A stretch of DNA of 63,630 nt, filler included, from Basidiobolus ranarum (Eukaryota), in NCBI GenBank assembly GCA_040143965.1. It is 15 parts of 15 records of this genome, joined end to end, with 100 filler letters (N's around TTAATTAATTAA, not from the genome) between each part and the next. Parts side by side here need not be neighbours in the genome. Positions count along the whole stretch, not along the records: positions 1 to 4,163 come from JASJQH010002089.1; positions 4,264 to 8,423 come from JASJQH010002090.1; positions 8,524 to 12,681 come from JASJQH010002091.1; 12 more parts are not named here. One strand, written 5' to 3'. The notes under the pieces are model-generated. The model had not been told where the DNA came from, ran no database searches, and saw nothing but the letters and a program-made list of their open reading frames with translations. The position numbers were made by a program, and so were the translations under genes. Positions 1-12,781 of the stretch are shown in pieces (the first letter of the stretch is position 1; every line of letters starts with the position of its first letter).

Positions 1-115
1 TTCCTTGTCCAGTCTTGTCTTGTCTTGTCTTGTGGTCTACACCCAAGTACTCTCCTGCCTTCTAGCCTCTTGTTGTTGTTCCCAGTCCTTGTCCAGTTCC
101 TTCTTGTGACACAGA

Positions 116-2213
116 TGAGTCATCAGAGGATTTACAAGGTATTTCCAGTAATGGATGGCCATTTTGATTTATTATATGGTGTTTCTGAGCAATATCAATA
201 CATCAGGTTTATCATCTGAACATTTCAATGCCTTTCAAAAAGCACTCGAAATCACTGTCAAGATTGGCTTCAAAGCAAAAGCCTGCTGGCACAAAAGGAA
301 AAAAACTAGCAAGAATGGAGGACTTCATTGATGAGCAGTCTAGCAATCCACTATCCACTTTGGAAGGCATTGACATGCGCAAAACTAACTCAGGTAATGA
401 TCAAGCATTGATCAATTTACCAGATGTGTTCCTTTCTAGCAATAGTGCAAGTGAAGAGATTGTAATCCTCCAATCATGTAGTAAATCAATTGTTGAGTAA
501 AGTTCCACAGAAACACCATCAACTACTTTACCAACTATTGAACAACCTTCTGCAGAAAATTTGAACAGAATTATTTCAATAAGGGAATGCAGGTAGAACA
601 TTGTGATTATATGTATGTGATGATAAGTAAAACCTACAAAGTTGCTATACTGGCCATGACAAGCAATAATGCCACAATATGGCAATTAATGCCACATTTG
701 GAAGCTACTAGTCAACAGCTAGAGAGTCACTCAACAATAATACAAGACCTTCAGAATGCTGTACTTGAGCTACAGCAACATGATGCTCCTTCCATGCATT
801 CTCTTACAGGATTTTAATCAGTCTCATACCATACATATGAATGTCCCCATGACAATCTGGCAGAGCAGAATATGTGCTGGAGCATTAAGCCTCCATAACA
901 ACCCAAAATTGCTTGGGCACACAAAAGTAAAAATCTCATAGCAAAACTGGCAAACTAAAAGACTCTGCATGTCAGAGTTGCCATCACTTGCTCTGATGTT
1001 GAGTGGTTTAACATTTTAGAAATTGTTTGGAATCTTGCCCAAAATTACCTTGACTTGAGCCAATTGTGGAACAACCACAAACCCAGTGTTGCTCTGAAGG
1101 TTCTTGACTTACTTCATGTCTCTTATCCTGGGTTTTGGCAAGCAAATGGCAATTCAGCTAGTATAGGCCTATTCATGGAACATCTCAGAAATGAATGTAA
1201 TTGTCAACTTGGAAAAGAAAGAAAAGCAGCTAAAGAAGTACTCAAGGAGCAGGAAGTTAGTATACCCAAGGGAAAAGCAAAGAAGCCAGTGAGTTCAGGC
1301 TCTACTGTTCCACTTACCAAATTCTTCATACTGTTATGAAAATCTGCATATCCAGAGTCAGATATACTGGCAAAATAGCTTAATACCACCATGGCATCAG
1401 GAACACCCGTTGGAAGAGTGCAAAATTTGGAAGTTTATCCAACACCTGGCACCTCTTAACCAGCCAAAGCACTGGTAAATAAAACTTGTGACTCTCCAAC
1501 CTCAACAGGTACTTTTCAAAGTGTTGAAATCAGCCCCAAAGTTAAAGGTATGCAAAAAGCTGCACAAACACTGCAAAGTGCCCTCAGTAGTGTCACACTA
1601 AAAGGACATATGAAAATAGTAAAAGAGCTTGAGGAGTATTTTCAAAAGTATGAAGGGAAAACACAGTGAAACATGCAGAAAGTGGCTTCAGAAGAACAAC
1701 ATTCAACTTGACAATTGGTCTGGTGTTGACCATGCAGATATCTGGGAAGAATGTAATACATAGCAGCACAATATTGCAGGGTATCTGCCAGATAGCTGGA
1801 AGAATGTTGATTCAGCATTGTTAATACCATGGTGGGCTTTGATGGAGATATTGATACAAGCTTGTGTTGGATATGAGCTAAACCTTGGGTATGAAGAACT
1901 CTATAAAAATATTCAGGATAATATATCATAGAAACTAGGAATTTTGAAGGTGACAAATTAGTGCTCAAGTGGTAAATGTGTAAAATTTGAGTTATGTTTT
2001 TTGCACATGTGTTGATCCACAGTTCTCTGAGATTGTAGCCAATCATGTGCAACTATTTTGCAAGATCTTCAAATTTCACTCCTGAAACTGAAAAAATTGA
2101 TTAAAATCCAATCTAACTTGATAATTTTATGATAGTAAGCAAATGGTTGATCCATGATTGATTAAAATTGTGATAGTTTTCTTACACTAACAACCATCAA
2201 ATTTCTGGCTGGG
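116..2213 (+). mobile_element. Degenerate dispersed repeat, probably a DNA transposon (CACTA-like) accessory-ORF region and end
   Basis: Broken reading frame; similar copies at 8524-8925 and 34100-35433; ends in a ...TTTCTG..GGG motif; CpG-depleted. The family assignment is weak. Confidence 0.55.
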
Positions 2214-3745
2214 GGAGAGATGAAGAAATGATATTAAAGGCTATTTCTTCTTGATGAGCAGTGGACATGAGAGTCATAAATGTTGTCTCATGTGTTACAG
2301 TGCCTGATGCTAGCAGCCTTCCATCAATTACTTCTGCAAGAACTGGGCTAGATTTCTTGATTGTTGAGATAGAGTGGGATTTGACAAACACACAGACAAT
2401 AATACAGGTGGAAGCACCTGAATCAAGAAGTGCAGTTGTTTTTATTGATTTGGCATTGGGTAGCTGCAGTGTAGGGGGAGCTTTAATGATGGGTATGACT
2501 GCAAAGATTCTGATGTATGGTGCAGAAACATCTTTGAAGGTGGTTAGCCCAACTGCATGCCAATTATTGCAGCTGGGTGCTGAAGTTTTCTGATGGTTGG
2601 GGAGAGTTCTCTTCTACTTGCAAATTGTTGAACTTAAATCCAGGATTCTTTTTTGGACAGTTGCTGGCTACATCTCCAGGAGCTCCACAATAGAGTCATA
2701 AATCCTCTTATTGGCATTGTTATATCTCCTCAGGGCTATGCTTTAAAACCAAGTTCCTTCAATTTGCATTGGGTCATCTGCTTGAGCTGTTTTTGTGTTT
2801 GATAGGAGGGAGATCTGAGAGTAGTTGGAGAGGGAGAGTAGAAAGGAGTTATATTTGCTGGTTGTTGTCTTTGAAACAACCAGTTGTCACATTTAACTGC
2901 CTGATAGATAGCAGTTTTGGCAAGTTCTAGCAAATTTATTTGGTAAGGAGATCTTTGGTTCAGGAGTTGGATTTGCAGATAGTTAAATGGAGCTGGGTTC
3001 TGTATTTGAGCAAGAGAAGCACAAAGTTCTTGACTTTCTTGTTAAAGCTGAGCAATGGCTTCCATGATATTTTCCATTGGGGGGCTGGTGTAGACATAAT
3101 ACTTACTATTCTGGGGGGAAGTTTTAAAACCACATGTTTCTCTATGAATGATAATCACAATACAATGTCCAACTTTCTGTTGAAGAAAAGATTGGTGCCT
3201 TGACAAATAATATGCTGGTATGAAGATCCTTTGATTTTTATCAAATACTGTAGCTTCTTTGAGGAAACACAACTGTGAACTCAACCAGTAGTGTCATGAC
3301 AGGGATGCACTTAGAACAACTATCCAAGAGTGGAAAGTACTGTTGTCTTAGCAGGGAAGCTTGGGAAAGAGGGGTAATGAGAAGGAAGCTGACCTTAGGG
3401 GTTTTAAGGTTGGAGAACAGGAATGCAGAGAGGTCTAAAGGCAAGTGTAAGTAATCTGATCAATCTCTCAGAATAAGTAACTAGGCAAGGACTGGAAACA
3501 GCTACAAAAGTTTAGAAAGCAGGAAGGTACTTGGGTGTAGACCACAAGGCAAGACAAGAGGAGACAGGGAAGAGACTTTGGCAAGAATCTTTATTAATTG
3601 CTGGTGTTGATCAGACAGAGGTCTGATCAAGGAAAACAGGGAGTTTCAATAGATATTGTAGGATGCAACATAATATAATAAACAGGGATGATACTGTGGC
3701 AAGCTCAAGTGTAGGGGTGTTGGGGACTACAAGGACCAATACACA
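2197..3745 (-). mobile_element. Ty3/Gypsy gag-protease remnant with LTR-like 5' region
   Basis: Minus strand reads ALLDSGASTC (retropepsin active site) followed by AEVIDGRLLASGTVTHET, with a degenerate zinc knuckle (YCGAPGDVASNCPK). The 3490-3570 segment matches 1-115 and 34039-34106 in reverse. Confidence 0.8.
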
Positions 3746-3746
3746 T

Positions 3747-4163
3747 TCCTAACAAAAATAAAATTGATTTGATCTGGATTGGATCCACCCTCTGAAATAG
3801 CAAAACAGTCAGAGAACCGTCACAATGTTGCTGGCTTGCATTCTGCCAGGGATTTTGATGGTGTGATGGTGGGTTCTTGACAGTATCTTAACAGTATTCA
3901 TACATGTTAAAATATTGATCCTCAAATTTGGCATGCATTATTCAATATGCAGCAATTTTTGCAAAAATATAATTTTTGAATGGCAAATTACTGGGTTTAC
4001 TGCTGTAGGAATTCAAATTAATATGCATGCCTTTATTTAGATATTTTAGGCCTTGTATTCCAGCCATAATGAGAATCAAAAAATACAAGAATCTTGTTGT
4101 GTTTAGTCTCTACATATGCACATATTTGACTGATTAGACATAACTCAACAACATCAATATGCT
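3747..4163 (-). mobile_element. CACTA/EnSpm terminus and subterminal region
   Basis: Starts CCTAACAAAAATAAAATTGATTTGATCTGGATTGGATCC, the same end that lies downstream of the Tnp2-type transposase relics elsewhere in the window. Confidence 0.8.
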
Positions 4164-4263
4164 NNNNNNNNNNNNNNNNNNNNNNNNNNNNNNNNNNNNN
4201 NNNNNNNTTAATTAATTAANNNNNNNNNNNNNNNNNNNNNNNNNNNNNNNNNNNNNNNNNNNN
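4164..4263. other. Artificial contig spacer (first of 14)
   Basis: 44 N + TTAATTAATTAA (stops in all six frames) + 44 N. Identical spacers start at 8424, 12682, 16940, 21193, 25443, 29691, 33939, 38187, 42433, 46679, 50922, 55162 and 59398. Contig lengths fall steadily from 4163 to 4133 bp. Confidence 0.99.
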
Positions 4264-4492
4264 GACAAATCCACCTAAATTGACTAGGACCTCTACAAGC
4301 ATTACCTGAAATAAAATTTTCATAAATTCAACAAACACTTCAATAAATAATAAAAAAAGAAATAATTTGTATTTCTCTTAACCTCTAATGTAGTGATGGA
4401 ATCCCATAATTTAAAGCATCAAGAAAATCTACCATCCGTAATATTGGCAATAATAATAGTCTTTACGTGCATGCTAGGTCAGTACTAGGTCG

Positions 4493-5574
4493 TCACCTCA
4501 ATCTATGATTTAGTAAATACATGTGCCGTAGTACCCTTTTGAGGTCAATGAACGCTGTGGATAGCTTTATGATGAATGATGCTCTATAGTGCTTGCTTTT
4601 TGCAACTTTAGAATCTTTGATTTGGATGGCCATTGCTTCAACATCATCTGGATTAAGTAAATAGTGACCACGCGTTGCAGTGAGAGCCATTACTCTTACA
4701 AATAGCTTCCTCCTCTGTCTGGTTTTTGTCAACATAAACTGTGTGACTGATGGAATCTTCGGCAATATTAATGATATTACGGCGTTTCGCTAGTTTGGTA
4801 AAAGGATATTATTTGTCCTGTAATTTCTTTGACTCTATTTCGTTTTCGACTTTTTCCTTGTAGGATTAGCTTTGGTGTATTGAAGAAAGATATTTGACCA
4901 ATGCTTTGCCTTTTCAAGATGCTTACCAGTACTATAGCTTTATTTTCCACCACTAGAAGAATCTGTTTCGCTTATATCATGTTCGCCAAAGCTACAGATT
5001 TCTTCACTACCTCCTCCATGCCCAATTGATTTGTAGCTTTTTCCGACCGATCCGTTATCATTGTTCATCTTATCCCTATATTTTAGCTTAATGTAGTCAC
5101 TAACACTCTCGTACCTATTTAATTTGTGGTGTTTGCTGGTATCTATACTATTATCGTAACCTTCTTTATCCTCTTTGTGCTTATCAGAACGATAGACATC
5201 TCTCCTTCCACTTTTACCGTTACATCCTTTGTATCCATCGGATGTATGATTAGCATCAATATCACTACTGTCGCTGTCACGATAGTATTTTTCACCGCCT
5301 TCTCTCAAGTCATGTTTTTTCTCAATACTGTCTTTTGATTCTTGGTAATTATCATGATTGAGACTAACATCATTAGTCTCATGTTGTGGATGGTTATCGG
5401 ACCTATACCAGCTCCATGGTACTTATAACTAGTATCCTGGTTGCGAGTGAAAAGAGTAATTCTTATTTTGCCTTGTAATTCCTGAATATTAAATTCTAAA
5501 TCGAAAAGGTTCCCAGTTTTACACTTCAACTGGTACACATTAGGGGAGAAGGACGGGCGCTTAGCATCAACCAT
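4493..5574 (-). pseudogene. Frameshifted ORF of unknown family with an Asp/Ser/Lys-rich low-complexity middle
   Basis: Three consecutive same-strand ORF pieces (5574-5305, 5308-4940, 4765-4493). No domain recognised. Confidence 0.35.
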
Positions 5575-6136
5575 TAGGGTTACGATAACTAATTGTGGTA
5601 TAGGGTTAGCTTATCCATCTTGCATATGAATACGTTACCTTAACAGTTAAATTGTTTCCTCCTACAATTACTATTATAATAACGAATCCGAACACGAGTC
5701 GATCGAAGTAACGTTATATCATCTGCTTCAGTCAATACTAACAAAAAAGTCCAATAGTAGAAGAAGCAATCTTAGATGTGACTAATGAAGTACCGTAATA
5801 AGTGTAAGCCACCTTCCTTTGGTGACATTGTCGATTGATTTGCTTGATTTATCCATATTATATTAATTTAACTCCAAATAGAAATTTTGTTCATATCTCT
5901 GATTGATAAATTTATGCTAATCATAATTATGGTAATCATCATTGTAACCATATCAATTCTGATTATTCCCAAGAATTCCTGATAATTAAGATCAGGTTTG
6001 CAACTATTTCGACTAAAACGCTCAAATTAGAAAGATATTTTACAGTTAATCAACAGATCGGTTAACTCATTTTGCACACTTTTTACTTAATTAATCCTGT
6101 TTTGGTTATTTGTTATTTGCTATTTGCTATTTGCTC

Positions 6137-6143
6137 TATAAAA
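6137..6143 (+). promoter_or_regulatory. Candidate TATA box of the PTR transporter
   Basis: TATAAAA about 95 bp upstream of the ATG. Confidence 0.45.
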
Positions 6144-6232
6144 GAACCATCATTGGCACGAATGAAATTTAGAACAACTTGTTTATATACTTCAAGTATT
6201 TAATCCCCTTGGCTTTCAATACATAGCCCACT

Positions 6233-7810
6233 ATGAGTGAAGAAAAAAAGATCCAGCAGGACACAGAGGTAGATTATGAAGTAGCGGATCAACCCTCGCC
6301 TGAAGACATTAAACTACGCGTAGCCGGAAAAGTTCCCATTGCTGCTTGGTTTATCATCATCACTGAATTATGTGAGCGCTTTGCGTTTTACGGAGCGTCT
6401 CTCCTATTCCAACCCTACATGCTAAAGATGCTGGGATTTAGCAAAGGTACCGCCACTGCCGTAAACAGAGGCTTCCAGTTCATGGCATATTTTACTACCA
6501 TTCTCGGTGCCATCATTGCTGACAGATACCTGGGAAAATTTAAAACTATCGTCATATTCTCGCTCTTTTACATGATCGGTTTGATCATCTTAGCTCTCAG
6601 TGCCCTTCCTACTTCCCTTGATGGAAGCTTTGGAGTGATCGGCTACATCCTTGCTCTATATGCATTCATTTCCTTTGGTACTGGTGGCATCAAATCCAAT
6701 GTTTCGTCTTTTGCTGCTGAGCAAATTAAAGAAGGCCTTTTTGCCACCAAAACTCCAGGCGTATATGTTGACTCACAACTAACAGTCGAGCGAATCTTTC
6801 GATTCTTCTACTGGGCCATCAACCTTGGTGCTTTGTTGGGCCAGTTTATCTGTCCAATTGTGGCCAACAACTATGGGTCTTACCCCCTCGCTTTCTCTCT
6901 CCCCGCCATCATGTTTGTATTGGGACTGGGTATCTTCATTTCAGCCAAGAGATTCTACTATGTTAAGCCTCCCTCCGGTACCGTGCTCTCCAAGACCTAC
7001 ACATGCATTAGATACGCACTTTCCCACCGCAAAGCGCCTCTAGACAATTCCAAAACCAATGGCCCTATTGAGCATTGGTTGGATTATGCCAAAGTAGATG
7101 GATTTGAGTGGAATGATGCCTTTGTGGAGGATCTAAAGAAAACTCTACGCGCATCCTTAGTATTCTTGTTCTATCCCTTCTACTGGGCCTTGTATTACAA
7201 TATGTCGGATAACTTCATCAACATGGGTCTTACTATGCAACGTCCCTCCTTCATCAGTGGACCTGAGCAGCTTAATCTTGTCAATAGTCTGGTCTTAGTG
7301 ATTGCTATCCCTATTTTTGATACAGTTATCTTCCCAATCTTGAGAAGAATGGGATGTCGTCTTGGCCCTATCACACGCATTACTATCGGTTTCACCATTG
7401 CCACTTTAGCCTTTGTCTTTGTTACTGTTCTTCAGTCACAAGTATATAAGACAGGGCCTTACTATAATTTCACGGATTTGAGCAACTTGCCTGCAGGACA
7501 AGAGCCAGTGAATGATATTTCCATCTGGTGGCAAATCATTCCATTCATTGGGATCTCCATTTCGGAGATTTTCGCTTCGGTTACTGGACTTGAGTTTGCA
7601 TTTAGACAAGCCGCACCTGAACTTAAATCCGTGGTTACCGCTTTGTTCTTGTTCACCAATTGTGGTGGCAGTTTGATCGGATTGATCTTGGCCATTTGGA
7701 GTAACGATCCAAACTTCGTATATGTATTTGGAATTCAAACAGGACTAATGGGAGTTATGACGGGGATATTCTATTTCTTGTTCAGAAAATATGACAACAT
7801 CGAGTGCTAG
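6233..7810 (+). CDS. PTR2: POT/PTR family proton-dependent di/tripeptide transporter, intronless, 525 aa
   Basis: ELCERFAFYG (ExxERFxYY motif), GAIIADRYLGKFKTI (PTR2_1), GTGGIKSNVS, FYWAINLGAL (PTR2_2) and about 12 hydrophobic segments. Confidence 0.96.
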   Translation: MSEEKKIQQDTEVDYEVADQPSPEDIKLRVAGKVPIAAWFIIITELCERFAFYGASLLFQPYMLKMLGFSKGTATAVNRGFQFMAYFTTILGAIIADRYLGKFKTIVIFSLFYMIGLIILALSALPTSLDGSFGVIGYILALYAFISFGTGGIKSNVSSFAAEQIKEGLFATKTPGVYVDSQLTVERIFRFFYWAINLGALLGQFICPIVANNYGSYPLAFSLPAIMFVLGLGIFISAKRFYYVKPPSGTVLSKTYTCIRYALSHRKAPLDNSKTNGPIEHWLDYAKVDGFEWNDAFVEDLKKTLRASLVFLFYPFYWALYYNMSDNFINMGLTMQRPSFISGPEQLNLVNSLVLVIAIPIFDTVIFPILRRMGCRLGPITRITIGFTIATLAFVFVTVLQSQVYKTGPYYNFTDLSNLPAGQEPVNDISIWWQIIPFIGISISEIFASVTGLEFAFRQAAPELKSVVTALFLFTNCGGSLIGLILAIWSNDPNFVYVFGIQTGLMGVMTGIFYFLFRKYDNIEC

Positions 7811-7880
7811 AAATAGTGCTAGAATCCTGCTCTCGTCTCTTATTATACATAGTATTTATGCTCAACCTTCATCCACTGTA

Positions 7881-7954
7881 TAAACCATTTGATAAAACCA
7901 TTTAATAAAACCATTAAACAAAACCATTAAACAAAACCATTAAACAAAACCATT
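7881..7954. repeat. Minisatellite, about 12-13 bp unit (AAAACCATTAAAC), about 6 copies
   Basis: Seen directly in the 3' flank of the PTR gene. Confidence 0.85.
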
Positions 7955-8523
7955 CTAATTCATCTAAATCAATTTGCGAATGCTACTACTGTCAGTTCAG
8001 ATCCGTCAATGTGATTTTTACTCTTTAATATCTACTTCCATTTTTCTACATATGAATCAGCATATGTTCCATTCTAGATTCCATGGTAGATTCAGTGTAA
8101 CCAACTAATCGTGACTTACTATTATGGTCGTCATATTTGGATAGGTAACAGTTTTTCCTATTGCCATGGACAGTGTGATATTGAGATTATAATATATATA
8201 TACTGACCCATTACATTACCTGTTAGTATAATATATATACTAGCCTATCACCATCACCATCACCATCACCATCTCTATCCCTATCCCTATCGCAACACCA
8301 ACTGCTTCATTCTCATGATTATCGCGTCTGGTCATTTGTATGTGGTAATGTTCGTTATGCTACTACAAAACCTTGTGTTCAAAGAAGTCATCAGCCTGTC
8401 CCATGAGCCAAACAAAGAAAGAANNNNNNNNNNNNNNNNNNNNNNNNNNNNNNNNNNNNNNNNNNNNTTAATTAATTAANNNNNNNNNNNNNNNNNNNNN
8501 NNNNNNNNNNNNNNNNNNNNNNN

Positions 8524-8925
8524 AGCTGGAAGAATGTTGATTCAGCAATGCTAATACAATGGTGGGCTTTGATGGAGATATTGACACAAACTTGTGTTGG
8601 GTATGAGCTAAACCTTGGGTATGAAGAACTCTATCAAAGTATTTGGGAGAATATATGAAAAAAACTAGAAATTTTGAAGATGAAAAATTAGCATTCCAGT
8701 GATAAATATGTAAAATTTAAGTTACATTTTTTGCACATGTGTTGATCCACAGTGTTCTGAGATTGTAGACAATCATGTTCAACTATTTTGCAAGATCTTG
8801 AAATTTCACTCCTGAAACAAAAAAATGATTAAAATGAAATCTAACTTGATGATTTTATAATGGTAAGTGAAGAGTCAATCCAAAGAGGATTAGAAATGGG
8901 AAAGTTTTCTTAAAATAATAATCCA
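8524..8925 (+). mobile_element. Second copy of the 116-2213 repeat family
   Basis: Closely similar to 1793-2200. Confidence 0.75.
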
Positions 8926-8929
8926 TTTA

Positions 8930-9433
8930 TGATCTGATATGAACTCCAGGTTTTGGATAAAGGTACTACAAATTCTGGCGTTGCATTGGCCACTTCAGCA
9001 GGCCAAATCTGGTCTGAGCAAGCCGCAGGAAAGCTACTTTTGTTACTGTTTTGGTTTGAATCACTTTGAATGATTGTAACAGGAGAACATTGATTTTTGC
9101 ATAATCTGAGATCATTTTGCTTGACTATTTTTCATTTTCAGTAAACAAAATATTCCTGGACTTAATTAGCTTGGAAACTTTTATGTCACAGAGTCTGTAG
9201 GCCTCACTTTGAGTACAATAACCCAGAAATATACATTTCTTACTTTTTGGATCAAATTTAGATCAAATTTTGGTCATAATTTTGCATAAGCAATGCTTCC
9301 TAAGATCCTCAAATGTTTTACATCAGGTTTAACTGCAAACCAAGCTTGATATGGTATAGAGTTAGACAGGCTTCTGGTAAAAGTCCTATTCTTCAAATAT
9401 ATTGCTGTAGTAACTGAATCAGCCCAAAAGTCC
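8930..9433 (-). mobile_element. Ty1/Copia integrase C-terminal remnant
   Basis: Minus strand reads KFDPKSKKCIFLGYCTQSEAYRL and FWADSVTTAIYLKNR. Confidence 0.85.
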
Positions 9434-9949
9434 TGTTATCTATGACTGCTTGGAGTAACTTTCGACAAGTGGAGTTGTGAATAGCTTTTGTGAGATAATT
9501 ATTTGTTGTCCAGAAATACAGCAAATATTAGCAACATTGGGAGTTGTTTGTTAATATTGTTAATATATTCTTATGGCATCAACTCACATAAGCAGATCTC
9601 AGGCAGACATAGCAACTGTGCAAAGATTTTGTAATTGGATAGGAGAAACTTTATTTCAGGCTTAAAGAAGCTAGATGCAATCTATGCTGGTATTCAATAA
9701 ATTCCTTGCTGCATCTTTTGTTGAAGTTTATTGTCATTATCATTTTTGTTATCTCTATCTTTGAACACCTAACAATTTCATATATGACATCTAAGTTAGT
9801 TCACATTACTTAGTCAATTGTCACTTAACTGCAAGTTGGAACATATATTATATATACATGTGAATAATGTGAGAATTAGCAATTCCATGTTGGAAATTTC
9901 AAAATTGTCCAAATTGCCCCAATTATAGCTCATTATACTCTCACAGGTG

Positions 9950-10660
9950 TTCTGCACACAACCCCAGTGTTAGTTTTCTGTATTTCCACCAAAAATTATA
10001 AATGCTATATTTCTGGACAATAAACAATTATCTCACAAAGCTATTCACAACTTCACTTTTCTAAAGTTCCTCCAAACAGCCTATATTTTCCCAATAATGA
10101 CAGTATCCCCTTCTTTAGTGATGGTGTGCAGACCTCATAGGGCCAGGTTTTTCTGGGTAGGCTCCATGAAACTCCTGGCAAAGATCCTTAAAATTGGAAA
10201 GATTTGTGGGTGGCTCCCATGATTGATCATTTGTTAAGCATCCCTTCCAGTCCACTAAATATTGCAATTTACATTGATAAATTCTGGAATCTAGAATTTT
10301 GCTAACTTCATATTTAGAGTGTTCATCTACTAGGATTGCTGGGGGTGCATCAATGGATTGGCCCTGGAAGGTGTCTTTGGCATGTGGCTCTAAGTGAGAC
10401 ACATGGGATACATTGTGGACTTTGAAATGGGTTGGAAGTTCAAGGCCAAAGGCTACTGAATTGATTTGCTTAATAATCTTAAAAGGCCCTAGTCTTTTAT
10501 GATCAAGTTTATCACAAGGTCTAGTGGTTTTGATATTTTTCCGGAGTAGCCAAACATAATCTCCTGGCTTGAGATCTGGGCTGGGCTTTCTTTTCTTATG
10601 AGCAAAGTTCTGGTATTGGGATTGAGCAAGCTCCAACTCAGATATTAATTGTTTATAGAT
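9950..10660 (-). mobile_element. Ty3/Gypsy chromovirus 3' end: integrase C-terminus, chromodomain, PPT and LTR start
   Basis: KLDHKRLGPFKI (GPY/F), YEVSKILDSR...YLVDWKG...SWEP (chromodomain), PPT AAGAAGGGGATAC, then TGTCA at 10102. The lower boundary is approximate. Confidence 0.9.
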
Positions 10661-12681
10661 CTCTATCAAAAATAAAATTGATTTGCTCTGGATTGGATCC
10701 ACCATCCAAAATAGCAAAACTGTCTGAGGTCTGTCACAATATTGGTGGCTTGCAGTCTGCCAGGGATTTTTATGGTATAACAATGGTTTCTTGACACTAT
10801 TTTTATGGTATTCATACATGTTTAAATATTGATCCTCAAATTTGGCATCTGTTATTCAATATCCGGCAATTTTTGCAAAAAAATAAATTTTGAATGGCAA
10901 ATTACCAGGTTTACTGCTGAAGGAATTTGAATTAATATGCATGCCTTGATTTAGATATTTTAGGCTTTGTATTCCAGCGGCAATGAGAATCAAAAATACA
11001 AGAATCTCATTGTGCTTAGTCTCTACATATGCACATACTTCACTTATTAGACATCACTCAACAACATTAATATGCTTTACCCAAAAACTAATGATGAGGA
11101 AAATAGCTAAACATCTGAAATTTTGAATGGCACCAACACTTGGCAAATAGTTGGCTCTTGTTACCATTCACAATGAGAATGAGCTCTTGGATTTGGACAA
11201 ATTTCCATAGAGAATTCAGCAAATATATCCCCAACTTGCAGTCAATAAATGTCATGCCACAAGTAGATGTGTTATTGCTTGAATAGATTACCCCATGCCT
11301 AAAACAATAATAGCACATATCTTGATCTATCTCACCAAGAAGTCTGTGTTGTGGCTTTCCTAAAAATACCATTGGATTATCACACAGGCTAATTAGTCTG
11401 ATGATAGTGGTACTTACTCTTTGTCCATGGATTGGGCTTTGTTGCTGTTATTGTGCTCAAACAATGCAGAAACCCATGAGCACATTGAAAAGAGACCTTT
11501 GTTGGCAGATTACTATACTCTGGAGTCTCCTTAACCCATTTCATTACATTGATCACTGATTTTGCCATTACATTGCTAATCAGATTAGCATGCACTAATA
11601 CTGACAATTTAACATAGAGGATCATTTCACCACAGGTGTGCTCTATTGGGAACTCCCAGAATGTATAGCAAGGGCCTATAATCTCTAAGCATTATGAAAG
11701 ATGCAGCAGGGAATGTATTGAATACCAGCATAAATTCAGTCTATTTTCTTTAAACCTGTAATAAAGTTTTCATATCCAATTACAAAATCTTCACAGAGTC
11801 ACTGTATCTGCCTGAAATCTGCCAATGTGAGTTGATGTCATAAGAATATTCTAACAATATCCACAAATAATGCACAATGTTGCCAATACTTATCAGGCAG
11901 ATATCTTTTCAAAATTCCACTTGAGTAAATACAAATCCAATACTTCCAGGATTTGCATTTGAACAAACACCTAGATGAGTGGGTAGTGATGGGAGTCCTG
12001 GTAAAATAAGATGGTAGCTTGATGTTTTCAAGCATCTTCCCAATTAATTCAAACTTTGATCCTTTCTCAAATGGCTCATTCATATTAAAATTTCCACTAT
12101 ATAGCTGGGTAAGTAGTATTGGAATGTTGTTAAATAGTAAAAGCATAGTACCAGATGGGAAGCTCTGGCTCCAGCTCATCCTCTGTGGCAATATAATCTT
12201 AGGTTTATGGCTACTACCAAGTTTGGCATTAAACTGACTATTTGGGGTATTGGTATCAGTGATCATGTTGAAATCTCACCAGGCTCTTAATGGTACAATA
12301 ATGAAGTTTAGTGTTGTATTTGCATAGTAGTAATGTGTATGCCTGTTAGAGTAAACTCCATTGATTTGACAAAATCTAGAGCAAGACAGTGCATTGTGCT
12401 GGCAAAAACCTCCAAGCTTACTGATGGCAGAAGTGTCACCAATACATACAATAATATTAGCTTTAATAAAATATTTACCCATCTGAACCCCATTAGATAA
12501 CCATTCAAATTCCGCAATCAAAGGCTCCAACAAGCAATCTATAAGCACTGGTGATTTAAGTCCAGATCTGATGGAGAGTCACAAAATATTATGACTCTTA
12601 TACTGTTCGGAAGGAGGAAGATTTAAGTTCATTAAAATTATTGGCCAACAAGCCTTTCCAATGATGATGTTGTTTAGTGAG
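10661..12681 (-). mobile_element. CACTA/EnSpm (Tnp2/Transposase_21-type) transposase pseudogene with terminus
   Basis: WPIILMNLNLPPS, LEPLIAEFEWL, GDTSAISKLGGF, FKCKSWKYW and GPCYTFWEFPIE; many stops; degenerate terminus at 10661. Confidence 0.85.
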
Positions 12682-12781
12682 NNNNNNNNNNNNNNNNNNN
12701 NNNNNNNNNNNNNNNNNNNNNNNNNTTAATTAATTAANNNNNNNNNNNNNNNNNNNNNNNNNNNNNNNNNNNNNNNNNNNN

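Noticed and set aside
4493-4580. AFIDLK as a LINE reverse-transcriptase motif
   Set aside because: Lacks the following KAFD and any other RT motif; probably coincidental.
10115-10819. 234-aa ORF as an intact chromodomain gene
   Set aside because: Chimera: the first ~50 codons are CACTA subterminal DNA read into a Gypsy integrase fragment.
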